Of a stretch of 64,000 nt of DNA, positions 56,447 through 64,000 are shown piece by piece; position 1 is the stretch's first letter, and every line of letters begins with the position of its first letter. The notes beneath the pieces are model-generated. The model saw only the letters and a program-made list of their open reading frames with translations. It ran no database searches and was not told the origin of the DNA. The translations under genes were made by a program, and so were the position numbers. The stretch lies in IMG/VR virus record IMGVR_UViG_2061766007_001638; one strand, written 5' to 3'. The DNA is from an uncultured virus (IMG/VR IMGVR_UViG_2061766007_001638). Its lineage: Duplodnaviria; Heunggongvirae; Uroviricota; Caudoviricetes.

Positions 56447-56842
56447 ATGATTTTAAGCAAGATAAAAAATTTCTTCAGGCGGATTTCTGAAAAGCACAAT
56501 AGAAAATGGAGGGAATACGTCAAGGGAATTTCCGAATCCCTCAAGCCATGCCCAATCTGCGGGAAGAAAGCCGCTTTGATTGAAATGATTGACATCGGAG
56601 GAAACTACAGGACGTGGTGGCATGTCGAGTGCGAGGACTTCGACGACCACGGCGGATGGACCCTTCCGATAAGGTGCAACTTCAACGGAGCTGGATACTG
56701 GATGGACGGNNNNNNNNNNNNNNNNNNNNNNNNNNNNGAGGTCGTGGTTCCGACGGCAATAAGGACAAAAGAGGCGATTGAGCGCGTGAAGAAATACGAC
56801 GAACGGAAAAAACAAAACGATGAGGCAAACGGAGAGAAATAA
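56447..56842 (+). CDS. Lar-like zinc-ribbon protein
   Basis: LKPCPICG...W.VEC motif. Confidence 0.5.
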   Translation: MILSKIKNFFRRISEKHNRKWREYVKGISESLKPCPICGKKAALIEMIDIGGNYRTWWHVECEDFDDHGGWTLPIRCNFNGAGYWMDXXXXXXXXXXEVVVPTAIRTKEAIERVKKYDERKKQNDEANGEK

Positions 56843-57796
56843 GATGACACAAGAAGAATTGAAGAAACGCAATGAGTTTGCGGACAAGTGCGAAGAACTC
56901 TCTAAGTTGGGCGAGACCGTTCCTAGCGGAGGGTGGGATACCCCGATGAAGTACATCGTACATTCCCTTCGAGAGTGGGCAAAGCAGTATAGGCATCCCA
57001 TTCACAGTATAATATGACCATTCAAAAAGATGATATGATAAGGCGATTTAGATGGGCAAAAAACCAATGAACACCGTAGCGGGATATCCGCTCACAGAGC
57101 ACGAGGAATCATGCATCCGCTCGTTGAAGCGGCTTGCGAGGAAGTGGTACAAGAAAACGAACAGGCTTTGGCTGTTCTCTGCAAGCGGACATCTTTTTGC
57201 GATGCTTTCGGAAGGGAACGGGAATAAGGAGTCAGACTATACGCCTGGTGGTGGAGTTGGAGGAGGAAGAGTCAATAAGAACAACGCCGTTTGCGAGATA
57301 GACATTCCGAACGACGGCGGAGACTGGTAAGACACAGAGGAACACACATGAGCGTAATGACATTGAGCCTTTACAGGAAAAACTATCCGTTCATCGCATA
57401 CGGAGACGAATACAAAAGGTGGAAAGAAGCAAAGAAGTGGTATGAGTGGTTGTTCGACAGGCTTCATACCGAAGGACCGACAGAATACACATGCCACGAA
57501 TGGCGTGGGCTGCATCCCAAGTTCGAGTGCCACGTTAAAAGATTCAACGAGGCTTTCAAGGCACTTCCAAAACCGACAAAGGAGCAGTACAACAGTGAAT
57601 GCGACCCGTTCATGGTGGGAAAGTGGCCAGAGGACGCGATTGACCTGATAGAAAAGTTCATATTGCAGGACACGTATTGCAGGGAAGACGCAAAGAACGC
57701 CGCAGCAATCCTGACCAAGAACGACTACCAAGTGAACGTACTCAAGATGAAGCAGTATGAGTCGAACAAAGTGAAATACGGAAAGAAAAAGATGAA

Positions 57797-58237
57797 ATGA
57801 CAACGAGAGAAAAGGCAATTGTGTCTGCATGGACGGGATTTTTAATGTGTGACATGTCGGAGATGCTGAAGTACATGTCTGAAAAGCTCGGTTGGACAAT
57901 AAGCGAACAGGAACTACTGAGCCGACATTGCGACTACGAGTTTGAGGACGAACTTGCCGAGAAAATCCGCCCAGATTTTCTTGCGTTATGCGACACTCTG
58001 ACAACAAGAGAAAAGGCTATTGTGTCAGCGTGGGCCCATGTCTCGATGTGTAGCATGGAAGACATGCTAAAGTATCTGTCCGAAAAGTTTGGTAAGACAA
58101 TAACAAAGTCAGACTTGGATAAAATCCTGTCTTATGGTGCTCTGCGACAAAAGTATGACGCCGCCGTACTTCCAGATTGGCTTTCCTTGTGCGAGGGTGA
58201 CGCCGAGTCCAAAGACAAGGCGTCCTGGTGGAGATGA
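57797..58237 (+). CDS. Hypothetical protein with internal tandem repeat
   Basis: TTREKAIVSAW...MC.M..MLKY.SEK.G.TI occurs twice. Confidence 0.75.
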   Translation: MTTREKAIVSAWTGFLMCDMSEMLKYMSEKLGWTISEQELLSRHCDYEFEDELAEKIRPDFLALCDTLTTREKAIVSAWAHVSMCSMEDMLKYLSEKFGKTITKSDLDKILSYGALRQKYDAAVLPDWLSLCEGDAESKDKASWWR

Positions 58238-58267
58238 ATTGCAATAGATATTGAGGAAAACAATCAA

Positions 58268-58540
58268 ATGAGCACATACAAATATTACCAAAAGGTAGAA
58301 AATAAAGTTGACGTATCTCCTTGTCCGTGCTGTGGACACGAAGACCTCAATTTCTACGATTACAACAGAGATGAGTCGATGCACGGGGCTGGAGCTTATG
58401 TGAAATGCAAGAATTGCGGACACGAGGTCTTCGTAGACGGAAATAAAATACAAAGCGACAGCGGAAGAATATGCCAGCTTCGCGTCATCGACGAGTGGAA
58501 CAGCCAGTATAANNNNNNNNNNTGCCAAAGTAAAAGATGA
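58268..58540 (+). CDS. Lar (restriction-alleviation)-like zinc-ribbon protein
   Basis: PCPCCG...YVKCKNCG...IDEWN. Confidence 0.6.
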   Translation: MSTYKYYQKVENKVDVSPCPCCGHEDLNFYDYNRDESMHGAGAYVKCKNCGHEVFVDGNKIQSDSGRICQLRVIDEWNSQYXXXXCQSKR

Positions 58541-60224
58541 AAACAATGTCTTGAAAACTGTGATGCTGATGGAGAATTTCAACTCGACATACAGCATATC
58601 CATCGACGAACCAGAGAAAGTTGAATTGTATAGCAGATTCTCAAAAATAATGAGAGAGTTCAAAAACTCGTGCGGGATTGGAATAAAATGATATACCAGG
58701 CAAAATGCTTAANNNNNNNNNNAGCTTTCAGAAGTACGGCACGAAAACAATATCTTGAAGTCTGTCATATTTTTGAACAGAATCAATATAACCGATTACT
58801 TTAATCCATGGGATTCAAAGGAAAAAATGGAATTATATGACGAATTCGCGGAAATCATGAAGAAATTCAAAAATTCGTGCGGAGGAATTCAAAAATGATA
58901 TACCAGGCAAAATGCTTCAACGAAAACGGAACGGTTAATCACGACGAACTAAAAAAGCTTCTCGATAAAGTCGTAAATGAACTCGAAAGAAGATATGATA
59001 TAAGGAAGCACGACGAGTTCGAGTATGACGTTCAGGTTCTTTCCTTGGCTTGCTCGAAACTGTGGAGCGAGAAGGAAAGATGGAGAGAGGAATACATGAA
59101 GCTTGCCGACAGGTACATCAACCATCTCGACAAGTTGAATGAAGATTTGAGGAAAATNNNNNNNNNNNNNNNNNNNNNNNNNNNNNNNNNNNNNNNNNNN
59201 NNNNNNNNNNNNNNNNNNNNNNNNNNNNNNNNNNNNNNNNNNNNNNNNNNNNNNNNNNNNNNNNNNNNNNNNNNNNNNNNNNNNNNNNNNNNNNNNNNNN
59301 NNNNNNNNNNNNNNNNNNNNNNNNNNNNNNNNNNNNNNNNNNNNNNNNNNNNNNNNNNNNNNNNNNNNNNNNNNNNNNNNNNNNNNNNNNNNNNNNNNNN
59401 NNNNNNNNNNNNNNNNNNNNNNNNNNNNNNNNNNNNNNNNNNNNNNNNNNNNNNNNNNNNNNNNNNNNNNNNNNNNNNNNNNNNNNNNNNNNNNNNNNNN
59501 NNNNNNNNNNNNNNNNNNNNNNNNNNNNNNNNNNNNNNNNNNNNNNNNNNNNNNNNNNNNNNNNNNNNNNNNNNNNNNNNNNNNNNNNNNNNNNNNNNNN
59601 NNNNNNNNNNNNNNNNNNNNNNNNNNNNNNNNNNNNNNNNNNNNNNNNNNNNNNNNNNNNNNNNNNNNNNNNNNNNNNNNNNNNNNNNNNNNNNNNNNNN
59701 NNNNNNNNNNNNNNGAACGTTCAAGGCAATCGTGAAGGAACTCGACAAGGACCACGTCCTGTACTACCATCCTTGGTATTAACGAAGCAACAAATGGAAA
59801 AACCGCAGGAATTCTACATAATCTATTTCGTCGACAAGGACTGCGACGTAAACGGAATCCACCTTGAAAGGGGCTATTACAGGTTCAACTACGACCTGAC
59901 TGGGGTCGAGTTCACAGACCCGTGCAAGTATTCGAAGGACAGGTACGAATGGTCCGCTTGCGGTCTGTTCAAGGACCTCGGAAAGTTCCAGGAGTTCTTC
60001 AACTCGTTCGACGTCAAGCCGATGAAGATGGAGCGCGAGGAATACATCGAGACGATAACGTACAGGGGAGTTTCCGTTCCAATATTCTGCGACGACTACG
60101 GACAATGCTTCTACTGCATATTGAACAATGAGGTTATTTCGTTCGGCTCTTTTCAGGCAGAGTACGAAGAAGAGGTCAAGGCTTTGATTGACTACAAGAT
60201 TGACAAAATCGTAAAGGAGAGAAC

Positions 60225-60608
60225 ATGAAAGTTGAGAAATTCAAGGAAAAGTACGAAGCACTTCAGAAAGAAGGAAACGACATCTACGTCCAGATTAAGC
60301 CCCTTCTCAAGCGGCTTAAGTCCTTGACTAGGAAATGCAACAATCTTGGAAACAAGGCCGATGGAGACCCAAACTTGTACGAGAGAATAGTCGTAACAAG
60401 GAAAGACGACAGGGGGTACGAAGGACCAAACAAGATTTCAATTACGAAGGGTTGGGACGAAAGCGTCCTTTTCAGGCTTTGGGACATGGACGTTCTTGTA
60501 ACCGAGCCGAACGTGATAGATTGCATAGACAATGTTCTGTACAATATTACGCATACAAAGTTTGAGAAGAAAACTCAAAGAAGAAAAAATAACGAAATGG
60601 CTGGATAG
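60225..60608 (+). CDS. Hypothetical protein
   Basis: AAGGAG SD-led ORF; its end overlaps a tRNA. Confidence 0.7.
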   Translation: MKVEKFKEKYEALQKEGNDIYVQIKPLLKRLKSLTRKCNNLGNKADGDPNLYERIVVTRKDDRGYEGPNKISITKGWDESVLFRLWDMDVLVTEPNVIDCIDNVLYNITHTKFEKKTQRRKNNEMAG

Positions 60609-60673
60609 GCTAAGTAGTAGACCACGGCCCTCATAAGGCCAGGATGGAGATGCAAACGCTCCTCCAGCCACCA
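60599..60673 (+). tRNA. tRNA with CAU anticodon (Met or Ile2)
   Basis: GGCC-CTCATAA-GGCC, GGCTGGA/TCCAGCC, ACCA. Confidence 0.8.
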
Positions 60674-61118
60674 AAAAGAAAGNNNNNNNNNNCAGGAAAC
60701 ACGACGAGTTCGAATATGACGTTCAGGTTCTTGCCTTGGCTTGTTCCACACTGTGGAGCGAAAAGGAGGGATGGAGGGAGAAATACATGAATCTCGCTGA
60801 CAGGTACATCAACCATCTCGACAAGTTGAATGAAGATTTGAGGAAAATGCTTTAATAAACTTGACACGTCAAGGAAAATCCTGTATAATATCACCATATC
60901 AAAACCTCATAAAAGAAGTAAGCATGACTATAGCAGAATTGAAACAAAAAATCGACGAAGCAACCAATAACACAAGGTCTTCGGACTCCCAGATTACAAT
61001 TATTGCAAAAAATTGCTATGCTATGGTTTCACTCAGTGATATCAAGGTAAACTTCAATCCAACAAACAACACTCTTGAATTTGTCGAGGAATAAGATTAA
61101 CAACAGAAGGAAAAAGAA

Positions 61119-61571
61119 ATGGGATTAGACCAGTACATCTACAGAACCACCAAGAAGAGGTGGAAGGCACATCTTGAATTCCAGAAGATTTGCAAAGAAT
61201 ACGACATTCTCGTGGAGAAGCTTTTGTCTGAGAAAAAGTGGAATGATTTCATGATTTCTCTCCCGAAGAAGGAATACGGCGGATATGACTGGGACAAGTT
61301 CACCAATGAACAGAAGAAGGGGATTTCCAGATACAAGAGGGAATGCAGGAAAATCGCAAAAGGTCTCGGTTTGAAGCTGGACAAGAATTTACGCGCACAG
61401 TTCGAGGACGAGAAATACGGATTGAATGCAGAAAGCGACCCAGTGGAAGAAATCATGTACTGGCGTAAGAACTGGGATTTGCACAAGTACATCGTTGACA
61501 ACTTCTGGAAAGACAAGGAAAACGACAACCTCGTAAACATTCCTCTCAGGAAGTGCGACATCAAGAAGATG
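61119..61571 (+). CDS. MGLDxY...YWRKN family protein (paralog of 32928), runs into gap
   Basis: MGLDQYIY...EIMYWRKNWDLHKY. Confidence 0.7.
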
Positions 61572-62952
61572 NNNNNNNNNNNNNNNNNNNNNNNNNNNNN
61601 NNNNNNNNNNNNNNNNNNNNNNNNNNNNNNNNNNNNNNNNNNNNNNNNNNNNNNNNNNNNNNNNNNNNNNNNNNNNNNNNNNNNNNNNNNNNNNNNNNNN
61701 NNNNNNNNNNNNNNNNNNNNNNNNNNNNNNNNNNNNNNNNNNNNNNNNNNNNNNNNNNNNNNNNNNNNNNNNNNNNNNNNNNNNNNNNNNNNNNNNNNNN
61801 NNNNNNNNNNNNNNNNNNNNNNNNNNNNNNNNNNNNNNNNNNNNNNNNNNNNNNNNNNNNNNNNNNNNNNNNNNNNNNNNNNNNNNNNNNNNNNNNNNNN
61901 NNNNNNNNNNNNNNNNNNNNNNNNNNNNNNNNNNNNNNNNNNNNNNNNNNNNNNNNNNNNNNNNNNNNNNNNNNNNNNNNNNNNNNNNNNNNNNNNNNNN
62001 NNNNNNNNNNNNNNNNNNNNNNNNNNNNNNNNNNNNNNNNNNNNNNNNNNNNNNNNNNNNNNNNNNNNNNNNNNNNNNNNNNNNNNNNNNNNNNNNNNNN
62101 NNNNNNNNNNNNNNNNNNNNNNNNNNNNNNNNNNNNNNNNNNNNNNNNNNNNNNNNNNNNNNNNNNNNNNNNNNNNNNNNNNNNNNNNNNNNNNNNNNNN
62201 NNNNNNNNNNNNNNNNNNNNNNNNNNNNNNNNNNNNNNNNNNNNNNNNNNNNNNNNNNNNNNNNNNNNNNNNNNNNNNNNNNNNNNNNNNNNNNNNNNNN
62301 NNNNNNNNNNNNNNNNNNNNNNNNNNNNNNNNNNNNNNNNNNNNNNNNNNNNNNNNNNNNNNNNNNNNNNNNNNNNNNNNNNNNNNNNNNNNNNNNNNNN
62401 NNNNNNNNNNNNNNNNNNNNNNNNNNNNNNNNNNNNNNNNNNNNNNNNNNNNNNNNNNNNNNNNNNNNNNNNNNNNNNNNNNNNNNNNNNNNNNNNNNNN
62501 NNNNNNNNNNNNNNNNNNNNNNNNNNNNNNNNNNCAAGATTCAGAAACCAGAGGAACAATCAGACCACTACGAACTTTTCGTAGAAGGAGACTGGAACGA
62601 CGCAGACTACGTAAGAAAAAAAACCTCTGTAAATAAGAAAGAGTTTGAAAACGACGACTTTCTCCTGTATTTCATCTCGTACATCTCGACATGGGCTGGA
62701 CGTCGTGTAGATGGGTATTTCAACGAGACGGAGGACTGGATGGAGTTCTTTGATGACGACGACATCCAGTATGAATATCTTCCAAGCGGGTATAATGCCA
62801 ATATCCACACGATAACCGAGGTGAAGCTCGAGTACGTGTCTGGAACGAAAAGATATCCAGTCAGCATACCGAGCTGGGGTTGTCTCTTCAAGGACAAAGC
62901 CGAGAAAAAGGCAAAGGTCATCGAGGCAAAGAACAGGGAATAATAAACACAC

Positions 62953-63027
62953 GGTCGGTTAGCTCAGAGGAAGAGCGTCTGCTTTACACGCAGGATGTCG
63001 GGATTTCGAAATTCTCACCGACCACCA
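62953..63027 (+). tRNA. tRNA-Val(UAC)
   Basis: TCTGC-TTTACAC-GCAGG, ACCA. Confidence 0.9.
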
Positions 63028-63375
63028 GAAACGCCATGACGAACAAATTAAAGGAAATCCTGAAGCTCCTCCAAGAGAGGTGCGGAATAACCTATCACTC
63101 GTATGCAAACAACATCGGAAAACATACCGTCGGCCTTAAAAAGGGACATGTTCCTTACAATCCGATGTTCATTGGACTAGACTTTTACCCTCATTCCTGG
63201 ACGGAAAAAAAGGAAATCTCTGGAGTGTATACGGAATTCTCGGACGACACGGAGGGGTCCCTGTGGAAAATCCTCTCCAACGGGATGGCAATGAACATGG
63301 CGTTCAACCTTCCAGCGGTGACGTCCGTCCAGGAGCTCAGGATGTTTCTCGACATAGCTGGAAGATAACATTAAC

Positions 63376-63730
63376 GGGCCCGAACTAGTATCGATTGGCG
63401 GATGTTAGGATGGTGTTATGTATGCAGAAGTTGGTCAAATGGCTTCTTTAAAAATTGACCGAAATTCAAATGAGGCAGATTATGCTCTCGCTGCTTGATT
63501 GAAACATATCAGTAAGACAGCAGTCATACGCGAAAGGTCGTGTGCAAGTAACGCGTCTGGCTTAATATACAAGCACAACAATCTCGGAGTGTGGGAACGT
63601 CCGAAGATTGCCATTTCCACAAAATCATCCAGGAGTAATTGTCCTGTCTGTACTGGATGAAAACAAGACGGACATAAGCATATGACCAAGCAACGTTTAA
63701 ACCCGAGNNNNNNNNNNNNNNNNNNNNNNN
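63376..63730 (+). ncRNA. ssrA: tmRNA (3' end in gap)
   Basis: 5' GGGCCCG-AACTAGTATCGA, pseudoknot 1 (AGAAG/CTTCT, GGTCAA/TTGACC), tag frame GAG GCA GAT TAT GCT CTC GCT GCT TGA = EADYALAA. Confidence 0.88.
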
Positions 63731-64000
63731 NNNNNNNNNNNNNNNNNNNNNNNNNNNNNNNNNNNNNNNNNNNNNNNNNNNNNNNNNNNNNNNNNNNNNN
63801 NNNNNNNNNNNNNNNNNNNNNNNNNNNNNNNNNNNNNNNNNNNNNNNNNNNNNNNAAAGTCTAAATATGAATATATGGGTTAGGTACTTGAAAAGATGAA
63901 GGGCGCTAATGAAAAAGTCATAAGAATGGTAATATCTGGACTTAAAATAGAGCCTGGAAGGGACAAATGGATACCATTACATAAATGGGAAGAAGACGTA

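Noticed and set aside
58523..60850. Tandem duplications (58523-58711 vs 58730-58920; 59005-59157 vs 60693-60848)
   Set aside because: Copies are diverged but each abuts N gaps; strain-variant scaffolding cannot be excluded
58949..62636. Long ORFs spanning poly-N
   Set aside because: Artefacts of translating gaps

Overview
The window looks like part of a large (jumbo-type) bacteriophage genome from a gapped assembly with many N runs. (1) 0.2-36.5 kb is an early/host-takeover-like region. It holds roughly 80 (counted by eye) near-identical sigma70 promoter + RBS units (TTGACTTGACA-N17-TGGTATAAT-AGAGGCATGAAAGGAAAC), each driving one or a few small + strand ORFs, and is punctuated by terminator + divergent-promoter modules. 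(2) 39-53.3 kb is a dense RNA-gene island: more than 30 tRNAs, many non-canonical tRNA-like RNAs, YrlA/Y-RNA-like permuted tRNA mimics, and four free-standing homing-type endonucleases. (3) 53-64 kb holds small accessory genes (LemA, Lar-like), more tRNAs and a tmRNA. The main finding is three tRNA genes (Gly-UCC, Arg, Asn-GUU) whose anticodon loops are interrupted by a second tRNA-shaped element ending in NCCA/ACCG, i.e. nested tRNA-in-tRNA intervening sequences. Three genes preceded by a GTAAATA late-type motif contain in-frame TAG codons (probable amber-to-Gln recoding), whereas several sigma70-driven early genes appear to stop at TAG. A prepilin-type N-terminus and a PEP-CTERM-like protein weakly suggest a PVC-superphylum host. 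All calls come from reading the sequence by eye; no searches were run.
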